NCBI GenBank assembly: GCA_018882795.1
Contig: VERJ01000002.1
Span: 12,049-76,048 of the forward strand
DNA: 64,000 bases
Reading direction: 5' to 3'
Source of the DNA: Burkholderiaceae bacterium
Lineage (GTDB): Bacteria > Pseudomonadota > Gammaproteobacteria > Burkholderiales > Burkholderiaceae_A
The notes beneath the pieces were generated by a model. The model made no database searches, was not told the origin of the DNA, and saw nothing but the letters and a program-made list of their open reading frames with translations. Within the stretch, counting starts at the first letter, position 1. Each line of letters starts with the position of its first letter. Both the position numbers and the translations under genes were made by a program. This document shows positions 38,397 to 47,997 of the stretch, one piece after another.

Positions 38397-41300
38397 ATGG
38401 CTGAACAAAACATTTACCTTTATGCGACTCAATCTCCACCAGCGAGTGTCGACACCGGCGAGGGTGATTTTCCTTATGCACCAGGCGTTGCGCTCTCGGA
38501 TGGCACCATTTTCTATACCTGGCGCGACGATCCGTTAAAGACCGACAGTTCAGGAACTGGAATCTTTGATCCCTTCCTGACCATTCAGAAGTCGGGGTCT
38601 GAGACGGGCAGCAATCTCTACAACGGCAGTACTTATGCGACTGGCAATGCAATCAGTTCCAGTGATAACCGGACCAGTCTGCTGGAGATCAGCAAGATTC
38701 CCGTGGTGGGCATTGGCGGTATGGAGTATCTGGAGATTCGGCTTGATCTCAATGAAGTGAGCGGTGGGGGTGGCCCGAAAGCCGAGGTCCGCATGACCGA
38801 TCTCAAGATTTATGGATCGAATAACCCCGGCCTCTCATCCTTCAGTGGCCTGACGCCCCTTTATTCGATTGATCAGGCTGATTTGGACACCACGGTCCAT
38901 ATGTGGGACGACTACAACGGTAGCGGCCGCTCTGATGTGGTGATGCTGATCCCGAAGACCTTTTTCGTATCCAATCCGCAATACCTGTACTTCCAGAGCA
39001 CTTTTCAGGGCACCGATGGCGGGTTTGAAGAGTTTTCGACCCAGATTCTTCAGGCGCCGCTGGATCCTTCGATCACCATCGAAAAAACCGCTGATGTGCT
39101 GAATGCGGATCGCTCTGACGATACCGACGATATTATCGACACCGCTGGTGACATCGTGAGCTTCACCGTATTGGCGACCAATGTGGGCGATGTGGCGCTG
39201 ACCAATCCGACCATCACCGATCCCCTGATTGCGGAGAGTCTGGACATCAACGATGACGGCTTAGTCAACGCCGAGGATATCGTTGGTGGCGATGACAACG
39301 CCAATGGCTTAATGGACGTTGGTGAAACCTGGGTCTGGCAGGGTGAGTACACGGTCACCCAGGACGATATGAATTTGCGCGGCAATTACGACGGTCCGGA
39401 TGAAGATTCCATCAATGACAATGTGATCCGCAATGAAGTAGCGATTCTGACGGATGAGGGCGCCTCTGCGGATAACTTTGCAGATGCTGATCTGGACTAT
39501 AGGCCGCTGCATAGTCTGCAGAAAACCTTCGATGTCTTGAATGCTGATCGCTCGGATGACACCGATGACATCATCGATGAGGCGGGCGACATCGTTCAAT
39601 ACTCATTGAGTGTTAAAAATGACGGCAACATTACCCTGCGGGATGTTGTGATTGACGATCCCCTGATTGCCGATTCTCTGGATACCAATGATGATGGGGT
39701 CGTGGATGTATTGGATTCCACCGGTGGGGATGATGGCAATGGTCTGCTGGATGTGGGCGAGACCTGGACATTTGCCGGCGAATATTCGGTAACCCAGGCC
39801 GACATGGATGCCCGGGGTAACTATGATGAATTAGCGGATGGCACCAACGACAACGTGATTCGCAATGCCGCCAATGCTATCGCCAGCACACTGGATCAGA
39901 CGCTGGATGCTACAGCACGGGCATACACTGACTTGGATTATCGGCCGATTATCACGGTTGAGAAGGTCGATGATGTAATCAATTCAGATCGAACCGATGA
40001 CACAGATGACATTGTGGATGAGGCGGGGGATATCATCAGCTACAGCGTCGAGGTCAAAAATCTAGGCAATATCACCCTCAGTAATGTGGTGGTGACCGAC
40101 CCCCTGATCGCCGACTCCCTGGATATTAATGATGATGGCGTCGTGGATGTGCTGGATGCTACCGGCGGTGATGACAACGCCAATGGTCAGCTTGATGTAG
40201 GCGAGACTTGGACATTCGCCGGCGAGTACACCGTGACGCAGGCGGATATGGATGCCCGCGGCAACTATGATGAGCTGGAGGATGGCACTAACGACAACGT
40301 CATCCGCAACGCAGTCAGCGTTTCTGCGAAAACTCAGGATCAGACCCTGGATGCGACCAATCGCACCTACACGGAACTTGATTATCGGCCTCTGATCAGC
40401 ATCGAAAAAACTCCTGATGTGCTGAATGCAGATCGTACCGACGATCCGGACGATGAGATTGATTCTGCAGGCGACATTATTACTTACGCTATCGCGGTTA
40501 AAAATGAGGGCAACATTACGCTAACGGATGTGGTCCTGACCGATGCATTGATCGCAGACTCCCTTGATACCAACGATGATGGGGTTATCAATGTGTTGGA
40601 TGCTGCCGGAGGTGATAGCAATACCAACGGTCTGCTGGATGTGGGCGAGACCTGGACGTTTGCTGGTGAATATGCGGTGACCCAGGCCGATATTGATAAT
40701 CACGGCAACCATGACAGCATTGATCCGGACACGATCAATGATAATGTCATGCGCAACGTGGCTGCGGTCACGTCCAAGGCGGGTGATCAAAACATCTCTG
40801 ATGACACGATCGCTGATTCCCGGGTGATTTATAGCCCTGAGTTGGTTGTGACCAAGACTGCCAATGTCAGCCAGGTTGATGAGGCTGGTGATGAGATTGT
40901 CTACACCGTGACGGTGGAAAACCGTGGCAATGTGACGCTGACCAATGTGGTGGTGGCCGATCCGCTCTCGGGTCTGGATGAAACCATTGCCTCACTGGCC
41001 CCGGGTGGATCTCAGTCTTTTGATGTGAGCTACTACGCCACCCAGGAGGAGTTTGACACCAACGGTGGTGGGGATGGTGACATCGACAACACCGCTACTG
41101 CGGATAGCAACGAGACCGATGCGGTCACGGCCAGCTACGAAGTCGAACTGCTACGCAGCCCAGAGCTGTGGATTGGCAAGACCGCCAATGTCAGCCAGGT
41201 TGATGAGGCTGGTGATGAGATTGTCTACACCGTGACGGTGGAAAACCGTGGCAATGTGACGCTCACCAATGTGGTGGTGACCGACCCGCTCTCGGGCCTG

Positions 41301-42293
41301 GATCAGACCATTGCCTCACTGGCCCCGGGTGGATCTCAGTCTTTTGATGTGAGCTACTACGCCACCCAGGAGGAGTTTGACACCAACGGTGGTGGCGATG
41401 GTGACATCGACAACACCGCCACCGCTGACAGCGATCAGACCGGTCAAGTCCAAGATAGCCATGAGGTAGGCATTGTCTACGATCCTGCGATGAGTGTTTT
41501 GAAGATGGCCAATGTGGACACCGTCGACGAAGTTGGCGACATGATCCACTACACCATTGAGGTCTCCAACACCGGCAATATCACCCTGACCAACGTAACG
41601 CTGCAAGATACGCTGATCGAAGATTCGCTGGATAACGACATGAATGATGATGGCGTGATCGATGGCGATGACGGTGATGGCCTGCTGGAAGTCGGCGAGA
41701 CCTGGACCTGGCAGGGCGACTACACCGTGACTCAGGCGGATATGGATGCGGCCATGGCAAGCATGGGTGATTACTACATCCGTAACACCGCTACTGGGGA
41801 CAGTGACGAGACCGACCCGGAGACCTCCTCCGAGGAAGTCAGTCTGGTGAAGGTTGCCTTCGAAGGACTCTCTCCCGGCTATTGGAAGAACCACCCCGAG
41901 GACTGGGATGGGCTCTCTTCAGCAGCCAGCTTTGAGACCTTCTTTTTTGGCGGGCCTAAACCAGGTCTTAACTGGAAGGTGAAGACCACGGCCAATGGCA
42001 AGGACAAGTTCGCTGCTTCCCAGGACATCACGATGGAGCAGGCGTTGGCCTTGACAGGAGGTGGCGAGGCTGCCCTTGCAAGGCAGGCGGTTGCCGCGGT
42101 GCTTAACTCCCGGGATGAGGACGTGACTTATCGTTTTACCGAGTCTCAGATCAAGGAGTGGGTGTCCGAAGCGCTCTCTGGTCAGCCCGTTGATCTGGAA
42201 AACGATGGGGTGATCGAGTTTGCTGCTGGAACAGCAGCCATCGAGGGAGTCAAGAACCTTCTGGACTTCAACAACAACCTCGAGCTGATCTGA
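38397..42293 (+). CDS. Large acidic repeat surface protein, probable T1SS substrate (DUF11/DUF7507-like Ig repeats with Ca-binding loops)
   Basis: No signal peptide; AGGAGG RBS; seven repeats of K..(V)..AGD.I.Y.V.V.N.GN.TL..V...D; DxNDDG loops; directly upstream of the T1SS genes. Confidence 0.8.
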   Translation: MAEQNIYLYATQSPPASVDTGEGDFPYAPGVALSDGTIFYTWRDDPLKTDSSGTGIFDPFLTIQKSGSETGSNLYNGSTYATGNAISSSDNRTSLLEISKIPVVGIGGMEYLEIRLDLNEVSGGGGPKAEVRMTDLKIYGSNNPGLSSFSGLTPLYSIDQADLDTTVHMWDDYNGSGRSDVVMLIPKTFFVSNPQYLYFQSTFQGTDGGFEEFSTQILQAPLDPSITIEKTADVLNADRSDDTDDIIDTAGDIVSFTVLATNVGDVALTNPTITDPLIAESLDINDDGLVNAEDIVGGDDNANGLMDVGETWVWQGEYTVTQDDMNLRGNYDGPDEDSINDNVIRNEVAILTDEGASADNFADADLDYRPLHSLQKTFDVLNADRSDDTDDIIDEAGDIVQYSLSVKNDGNITLRDVVIDDPLIADSLDTNDDGVVDVLDSTGGDDGNGLLDVGETWTFAGEYSVTQADMDARGNYDELADGTNDNVIRNAANAIASTLDQTLDATARAYTDLDYRPIITVEKVDDVINSDRTDDTDDIVDEAGDIISYSVEVKNLGNITLSNVVVTDPLIADSLDINDDGVVDVLDATGGDDNANGQLDVGETWTFAGEYTVTQADMDARGNYDELEDGTNDNVIRNAVSVSAKTQDQTLDATNRTYTELDYRPLISIEKTPDVLNADRTDDPDDEIDSAGDIITYAIAVKNEGNITLTDVVLTDALIADSLDTNDDGVINVLDAAGGDSNTNGLLDVGETWTFAGEYAVTQADIDNHGNHDSIDPDTINDNVMRNVAAVTSKAGDQNISDDTIADSRVIYSPELVVTKTANVSQVDEAGDEIVYTVTVENRGNVTLTNVVVADPLSGLDETIASLAPGGSQSFDVSYYATQEEFDTNGGGDGDIDNTATADSNETDAVTASYEVELLRSPELWIGKTANVSQVDEAGDEIVYTVTVENRGNVTLTNVVVTDPLSGLDQTIASLAPGGSQSFDVSYYATQEEFDTNGGGDGDIDNTATADSDQTGQVQDSHEVGIVYDPAMSVLKMANVDTVDEVGDMIHYTIEVSNTGNITLTNVTLQDTLIEDSLDNDMNDDGVIDGDDGDGLLEVGETWTWQGDYTVTQADMDAAMASMGDYYIRNTATGDSDETDPETSSEEVSLVKVAFEGLSPGYWKNHPEDWDGLSSAASFETFFFGGPKPGLNWKVKTTANGKDKFAASQDITMEQALALTGGGEAALARQAVAAVLNSRDEDVTYRFTESQIKEWVSEALSGQPVDLENDGVIEFAAGTAAIEGVKNLLDFNNNLELI
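39066..41850 (+). repeat. Intragenic tandem domain repeats (7 units)
   Basis: Units start near 39066, 39504, 39945, 40389, 40836, 41160 and 41484; 40854-41100 is nearly identical to 41178-41424. Confidence 0.85.
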
Positions 42294-42314
42294 AATGCTC
42301 GTCTCTGACCAATT

Positions 42315-42336
42315 CGCCGCCCCGAAAGGGGCGGCG
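42315..42336 (+). terminator. GC-rich hairpin after the large surface-protein gene
   Basis: CGCCGCCCC-GAAA-GGGGCGGCG with no U-tract; likely an mRNA stabiliser or leaky stop. Confidence 0.6.
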
Positions 42337-42369
42337 GTTCCTACTCTCCGGGAACTCCCTTCAGGAGAA

Positions 42370-44049
42370 GTGTTTGCCGCCCTGTCAAAGCATCGTCAGG
42401 GTCTGATAATGGTGTTCTTGTTTTCCGGCGCCATTAACCTGCTTTACCTCAGTCCGGCGATCTACATGCTGCAGATCTATGATCGCGTGCTGACCAGTCG
42501 TAGTGAGATGACATTGATCGCATTAACCGGCCTGGTCATTGCGCTCTATGTCTTTACGGGCATGCTCGAGGGCGCCCGGGCCTCGGTCATGGCCAAGCTT
42601 GGGGATGCGCTTGAATCCGAGCTCTCTCCGCGGGTCTATGAGGCCATGTTCGCCCGACAGACAAAATCTCCGGAAGGGCAGGGTAATCAGCCGCTCTGGG
42701 ATTTAAATCAGGTGCGGCAGTTTTTTTCGGGAAGTGGGCTCTATGCCCTGCTGGACTTGCCGTGGCTACCAATATTCATTCTCGCCACTTTTCTGCTGCA
42801 TCCCATCTTTGGCTGGTTCTCATTGTTGGGTGCCACGCTCTTGTTTGTCACAACGGCGATATCGGAAAGGATCGCAAGGCAGCCCTTGGCCCAAGCATCA
42901 GAGTGGACGATGGCAGCAAATGGCCTTGCAGCCAGCCAACTCAGAAACACTGAGGTGATTGATGCCTTGGGCATGCTTGTGCCCCTGGCAGGTCGATGGC
43001 GAGCACTCCAAACCAAGGCAAGGGATCTGCAGCACCGCGCCTTTGATCAGATCTCTAAACTGAGCGGCATCACCCGCACGCTGCGGCTTGTACTGCAGTC
43101 TGGCACTTTGGGCATCGGTGCCTATCTGGCGATTCAGGGCGAGATCACGCCCGGTGTAATGATCGCTGCCACGATTCTGTCCACGCGAGCGCTGTCTCCA
43201 TTGGAGTCATTGATTGCCCATTGGAAATCAATGCTCTCGACGCTTGCAAGTCAGCACCGATTGGATCGGCTGTTGAGGGATTTTGTCGCCCCCATCAAGG
43301 GGGTGTCGATCCCACGGCCGACAGGCGTCGTGACTGCGGAAAATATTTTCGTAGCGCCCCCGAGCAATAGATCATTCATTCTGAAAGGAATGACGTTCCG
43401 GCTTGATCCGGGCGAGGTCGTTGGCGTGGTGGGACCTTCCGCTGCAGGCAAGTCCACGTTAGCCCGAACTATCGTAGGCGTCTGGCCCGCCCAGCTCGGG
43501 AAATTACGTCTTGATGGTGCCGATATCCGAAACTGGCCACGCTCTGAGATTGGGCCGGTGATTGGTTATCTGCCTCAGGATATCGAGCTGTTCAGTGGGA
43601 CGGTTGGCGAAAATATCTCCCGCTTCGGCGATCTGGATTCCGAGAAGATTATCGAGGCCGCCAATGCCTGTGGCATTCACGGAATGATCCTTCGATTATC
43701 CAAAGGCTATGACACATTGATTGGCGAGGCTGGCACGATGCTTTCGGGCGGCCAGCGCCAGCTGATCGGCCTTGCACGTGCAATCTACGGCAAACCCTCG
43801 CTAGTTGTGCTTGATGAGCCCAGTTCCAATCTTGACGAGGTGGGGGACCGCTGTCTTGCCCAGACAATCAGTACGTTGCGTTCTTGGGGCAGTACGGTGG
43901 TGGTGATCAGCCACGATCCGAAACTGCTCAAGATCACCGACAAACTGATGATGGTCTTCGATGGACAGATTCGGGAGTTTGGTCCATCGGCAGAGGTCTT
44001 GACATTACTGAAGCGCGCCTCGCGCGTTCAACAGACGGAAAAGGTCTAG
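42370..44049 (+). CDS. prtD: Type I secretion ABC permease/ATPase (PrtD/HasD type, no C39 domain)
   Basis: YMLQIYDRVL, DLPW, GPSAAGKS, YLPQD, LSGGQRQ, LDEP; GTG start after AGGAG. Confidence 0.9.
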   Translation: MFAALSKHRQGLIMVFLFSGAINLLYLSPAIYMLQIYDRVLTSRSEMTLIALTGLVIALYVFTGMLEGARASVMAKLGDALESELSPRVYEAMFARQTKSPEGQGNQPLWDLNQVRQFFSGSGLYALLDLPWLPIFILATFLLHPIFGWFSLLGATLLFVTTAISERIARQPLAQASEWTMAANGLAASQLRNTEVIDALGMLVPLAGRWRALQTKARDLQHRAFDQISKLSGITRTLRLVLQSGTLGIGAYLAIQGEITPGVMIAATILSTRALSPLESLIAHWKSMLSTLASQHRLDRLLRDFVAPIKGVSIPRPTGVVTAENIFVAPPSNRSFILKGMTFRLDPGEVVGVVGPSAAGKSTLARTIVGVWPAQLGKLRLDGADIRNWPRSEIGPVIGYLPQDIELFSGTVGENISRFGDLDSEKIIEAANACGIHGMILRLSKGYDTLIGEAGTMLSGGQRQLIGLARAIYGKPSLVVLDEPSSNLDEVGDRCLAQTISTLRSWGSTVVVISHDPKLLKITDKLMMVFDGQIREFGPSAEVLTLLKRASRVQQTEKV

Positions 44050-44052
44050 CGA

Positions 44053-44973
44053 ATGGATTTGACGATCAAGAAGGGTCTCTGGGTGTTGATGTTCATCTTT
44101 GTTGGATTTGTGGCGTGGGCAGCCCTTGTCCCTTTGGATGCGGGCGTGCCATCCAACGGCATGGTGACAGTGGATGGGCGTCGCAAGGTGGTACAGCATC
44201 CCAGGGGCGGAGTGATCCAGCAGGTCATGATCCGTGAGGGGGATACTGTGACTGCCGGGGATGTGCTCGTTCGGCTGGACAACAGCACAGAGTTAGGGAA
44301 TCGATCTCAGTCTGTGGCCCAGCTGCATGCTGCGCAGTCGCAGTCCGAAGCGCTTGAGGCACAGTTACCCGGTCTGCGTGACCTTGTCGAGGATGGCTTC
44401 TATCCCCGTAATCAGCTCATTGATCTTGAGCGCAAGCTGAAGGAGGCAAAGGCCCAGCAGCGTGGTCTGCGTGATCAGATCGCTGCACTCGATAAGGAGC
44501 TTGAGCGGACGGTGATTCGGGCGCCAATTTCGGGCCGCGTGATGGGGGTAGGCGTCAATACCGAGGGTGCCGTTGTGATTGCTGGTGCGAAATTGATGGA
44601 GGTCGTACCGATCAATGATCAGGTCACAATCGAAGCGCAGGTGCGGCCGCATCTGGTCGACAAGGTGATTCCTGGTGCCAGTGCACAGGTAAGATTCAGC
44701 GCCCTGCAGTCGTCCATTACTCCTGTGATTCTCGGCACGGTGGAGTGGATTTCGCCTGATCGCTTTCAAACCAAGGACGATCCCGCTAATAGTGAGGGCT
44801 ATTACCTGGCCAAGGTAATTGTTGGTCAGGATGAACTAACCAAAGTCAATGGCCTGAGGATCATTCCCGGCATGCCTGCTGATGTGATCATCAAGACCGG
44901 AGAACGTACGCTGTTTCAGTATCTCTTCAAACCGATCTCCGATCGATTCGCCCATGCGCTGAAGGAATACTGA
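44053..44973 (+). CDS. HlyD/PrtE-family T1SS adaptor (unusually short)
   Basis: N-terminal TM, VQHPRGG, IRAPISG, PGMPADVIIKTGERT. Confidence 0.88.
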   Translation: MDLTIKKGLWVLMFIFVGFVAWAALVPLDAGVPSNGMVTVDGRRKVVQHPRGGVIQQVMIREGDTVTAGDVLVRLDNSTELGNRSQSVAQLHAAQSQSEALEAQLPGLRDLVEDGFYPRNQLIDLERKLKEAKAQQRGLRDQIAALDKELERTVIRAPISGRVMGVGVNTEGAVVIAGAKLMEVVPINDQVTIEAQVRPHLVDKVIPGASAQVRFSALQSSITPVILGTVEWISPDRFQTKDDPANSEGYYLAKVIVGQDELTKVNGLRIIPGMPADVIIKTGERTLFQYLFKPISDRFAHALKEY

Positions 44974-46415
44974 TGATTGAGCCAATGACTTCGCGGCAGC
45001 TGTGCTGGTTTCTGGTTCGACTGCTTTGTATCGCGGCAGTTGCAGCCTCCGCCCGGGCCCAGTCAGTATCTCAGGACCAGACGGCCCAGATGAGCCGTCT
45101 GATTGCGGACCATGTCGGGATGGCTCGTAGCCGTGATGGAACCTATCGCGCTGCAGTGGCAGCTAAAGAGGCCTCTTGGCAGGCCTTTCAGTTCAGTGCC
45201 TCTGCATTGGGCCTCAAGGTTACCGGGGCAGTGAACGGTTTTTACACTGATCGAACTGAGGAGAGTCGTACCATCGCAGGTTCATCTGAGATCAACCGAC
45301 GCTTTAACTCCTCTTTGGCGTCTATCACTGCACGACAGCCCCTTTATCGCAAAAAGGAATCAATCGGTATCCAGCAGGCGGCCGTTCAATTCCAGAGTAG
45401 TGAGGCCCTTGCGAAGTCCGCGGAGCAGGCGCTCTTCGGCCGGGTCTTCATGGCCTGGGTGGAAGTCCTCACCGCCCGCGATCTGATGCAATTGTCACGC
45501 TTTGCCTCGGAGCAGGCTGACTTGATTCGCTTAGAAATGGAGCGCCGATATCGTGCAGGTGATGTATCGATTGATCAGTTCGGTGTGGAAGTGTCCCGTC
45601 AGCAGCAACGGCAGGCAGAGATGCTGGAGGCTCAGGCCCGCGTCCAGATTGCAGAGCAGGCGCTGATGGACATCGTGGGCCCCGATGCTGTTGTGCCCCC
45701 GGGTTTCTCTTTGGAGAGCGCTGCGCCGAATTCCCTACCCAATGTCTCCATCGCCGAGATCGGCAAACTTGTCAGTGAGCAAAACCCTGAGCTATCGGCT
45801 GCCCGTCATGGTGAGGAGGCTGCCCGCCTGGAGCGTGAGCGGCTGAGCGCCGATCACCTGCCCACAGTGGACGTTTATGCCTCGGTGAGTAAAGGAGAAA
45901 ACGACACGGCCAGCTATATTCGGGATGAAAGCAGGATCGGTATACAGCTTACGGTGCCGCTCTATACCTCGGGTGCCATTGAGGCATCAGTTGCGCAGGC
46001 TGATGCACAGTACCGCAGGGCACAGGCCCAGGGCCAGGCCCTTGCTGTCAAGCTCAATGCGCAGGCGCTCTCTGCAGTATCCAAAGTCCGTACAAGCCTG
46101 ATCAAGATCGATGCCACACGCATTCATGTCGAGGCGACCGCCCTGCGCGCAGAGTCCACGCGCCGCGGATTTCTTGCAGGCTTGAAGACACGCGGCGACT
46201 TCGCACGGGCCGAGTCGGAGTATCTTGCTGCCCGGCAACGTCGTGCCGATGAGATGCTGGAATACGCCAACGCATGGGCGACCCTGGTGGTGACCACGGC
46301 CCAAATCGATCCAATCTTTCTTGGTGAGCTGTCGCCACCAATCAGTCTGCCCGTACGCACCGCCGCTTCCTCATCAGTTGTGGGAAATTTGCACGCAATG
46401 GGTGGAAGGCCGTAA
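44973..46415 (+). CDS. TolC/PrtF-family outer membrane protein
   Basis: Signal peptide, RQPLY, LPTVD, VPLYTSG; coupled to the adaptor gene. Confidence 0.82.
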   Translation: MIEPMTSRQLCWFLVRLLCIAAVAASARAQSVSQDQTAQMSRLIADHVGMARSRDGTYRAAVAAKEASWQAFQFSASALGLKVTGAVNGFYTDRTEESRTIAGSSEINRRFNSSLASITARQPLYRKKESIGIQQAAVQFQSSEALAKSAEQALFGRVFMAWVEVLTARDLMQLSRFASEQADLIRLEMERRYRAGDVSIDQFGVEVSRQQQRQAEMLEAQARVQIAEQALMDIVGPDAVVPPGFSLESAAPNSLPNVSIAEIGKLVSEQNPELSAARHGEEAARLERERLSADHLPTVDVYASVSKGENDTASYIRDESRIGIQLTVPLYTSGAIEASVAQADAQYRRAQAQGQALAVKLNAQALSAVSKVRTSLIKIDATRIHVEATALRAESTRRGFLAGLKTRGDFARAESEYLAARQRRADEMLEYANAWATLVVTTAQIDPIFLGELSPPISLPVRTAASSSVVGNLHAMGGRP

Positions 46416-46469
46416 CACCCTCCAACCCACACTTGCCGCATGACAAGTGTAGGTTTAGGAGGAATTGCC

Positions 46470-47675
46470 GTGAAACAAGTACTAGTGGTAGTAGGCACGC
46501 GTTCGGAGATGGTGAAGCTTGCACCGGTGATCCGCACGCTACGAGATGACTGTCCGCGTCTGTTCTCGACGCGTTGGATGCACACAGGATTAATGCCTGA
46601 TCAGGTCTGGCAGACAGGGGCCCTGTTTGGTCTTACGCCCGATCATGAGCTGGTGCTGCAAAAAAGTACCGAAAATCTTGTCGAACATAGTTGGGAGTTG
46701 ACCAATGGCATCACCCGTGAGCTTGACGTCGGCCGGCCTGATCTGATGATTGTGCAAGGCGAGTCCTTGTCTTCGATGCTCGCCGCCCAACAAGCATTTA
46801 TGCGTCGGATCCCGGTGGTCTACCTGGCAAGTTCCATCAATAACCTGGCGGCTTCACGTCAACCACGGAAGGAATCCTATCGCAGGCTTTTATCGGCGGT
46901 CTCTTCCTTTCAGTGTATGGTGGATGATCAAGATGCAACACAGCTTCGTGCGGAAGGTGTGCCTGCCGTTGAAATTGGTGTAACGGGAGACACCGTGGTC
47001 GATGCCTTGGCAATCGTCACATCTCACGGGGTACTGAGCTCGAAGAATCCGTCGGCTGAGAAATCAGTTTCACTCAATCATGCAAGGATTCTGGTAGCGC
47101 TAGACGCATCGGAAAAATGGACGGGTAACCTTACTGATCTTGCCTTCGCTATTGCCGAGCTTGCCCGTGATCATGAAGGCCTTGCTTTCACGGTGGTACT
47201 TTATCCCGATGCCAAGCTTCGTGGAATCGTGCATTCAATTCTTGAATCTATACCGAATGTGGGCATCCGTAGTCCTATGCCGTATCAGGAATTCCTCCGT
47301 CTCATGCAGCAGCATGATGTCGTGATCACTGATGCCCAGGACCTTCAGGACGAATCGATCACGCTACAAAAGCCTACTCTACTGATCAAAGATTCCGGGC
47401 TGCAGTCTGAGTTAGCGCGCTGTCGTGGCATACGATTCCTAGGCTGGGATCAGGATGGTATTACTTCCGCTGTCCGGGAGCTACTGGCGGATTCCGATGG
47501 ATATCGGGAGTTTTTGCCGTGTGAGAATCCCTTGGGTGATGGCTACGCGGCCCAACGCATTTCTCGGCTGCTTTCCAATTGGTCTCGTAATCAAACCCTG
47601 ACACCACGTGCATTTGAACCCTTTCGCAGTGTGGCGGATGTGTGTGGGTTTTCTTCTAACTTGCACACCGTCTGA
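46470..47675 (+). CDS. Degenerate WecB-like UDP-GlcNAc 2-epimerase homolog
   Basis: VVGTRSEMVK, HTG, VTGDTVVDAL and NPLGDG give the fold; several catalytic motifs are altered; GTG start after AGGAGG. Confidence 0.75.
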   Translation: MKQVLVVVGTRSEMVKLAPVIRTLRDDCPRLFSTRWMHTGLMPDQVWQTGALFGLTPDHELVLQKSTENLVEHSWELTNGITRELDVGRPDLMIVQGESLSSMLAAQQAFMRRIPVVYLASSINNLAASRQPRKESYRRLLSAVSSFQCMVDDQDATQLRAEGVPAVEIGVTGDTVVDALAIVTSHGVLSSKNPSAEKSVSLNHARILVALDASEKWTGNLTDLAFAIAELARDHEGLAFTVVLYPDAKLRGIVHSILESIPNVGIRSPMPYQEFLRLMQQHDVVITDAQDLQDESITLQKPTLLIKDSGLQSELARCRGIRFLGWDQDGITSAVRELLADSDGYREFLPCENPLGDGYAAQRISRLLSNWSRNQTLTPRAFEPFRSVADVCGFSSNLHTV

Positions 47676-47788
47676 GCCGAAGCTCTTGCTGCCGCTCACA
47701 GAATCCCTCCTGGGCCGAGAGATTGCGGCCCACTGTGCGGTCTCCGGGCATTGCTCGGGGACTTTTATTCACTTTTTGGAGGTAAAGC

Positions 47789-47968
47789 ATGAAACACATG
47801 TCTCTGTTGAAAAAGTTTGTGAAAGATGATCGCGGCGTCAGTGCAATCGAGTATGGATTGCTGGCTACCCTGATTGCAGTAGCCATCATTGTGGGCGCAA
47901 CTGCGCTGGGCAACGCACTGGATGCCAAGTTCAGCTCGGTGGCCACGACGGTGACAAACGGGAAATAA
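47789..47968 (+). CDS. flp: Flp pilin
   Basis: Manual translation MKHMSLLKKFVKDDRG|VSAIEYGLLATLIAVAII...; GGAGG RBS; 59 aa, absent from the track. Confidence 0.93.
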   Translation: MKHMSLLKKFVKDDRGVSAIEYGLLATLIAVAIIVGATALGNALDAKFSSVATTVTNGK

Positions 47969-47997
47969 ATTCATTTTTTATAACTTGAGTCTCCCCG

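Noticed and set aside
41060..41420. RTX nonapeptide repeats in the large protein
   Set aside because: Only two isolated GGGDGD motifs inside Ig-like repeats; no tandem GGxGxDxLx array.
39066..41850. CRISPR-like or non-coding repeat array
   Set aside because: The repeats are in-frame protein domains of over 300 bp, with no repeat-spacer structure and no cas genes.
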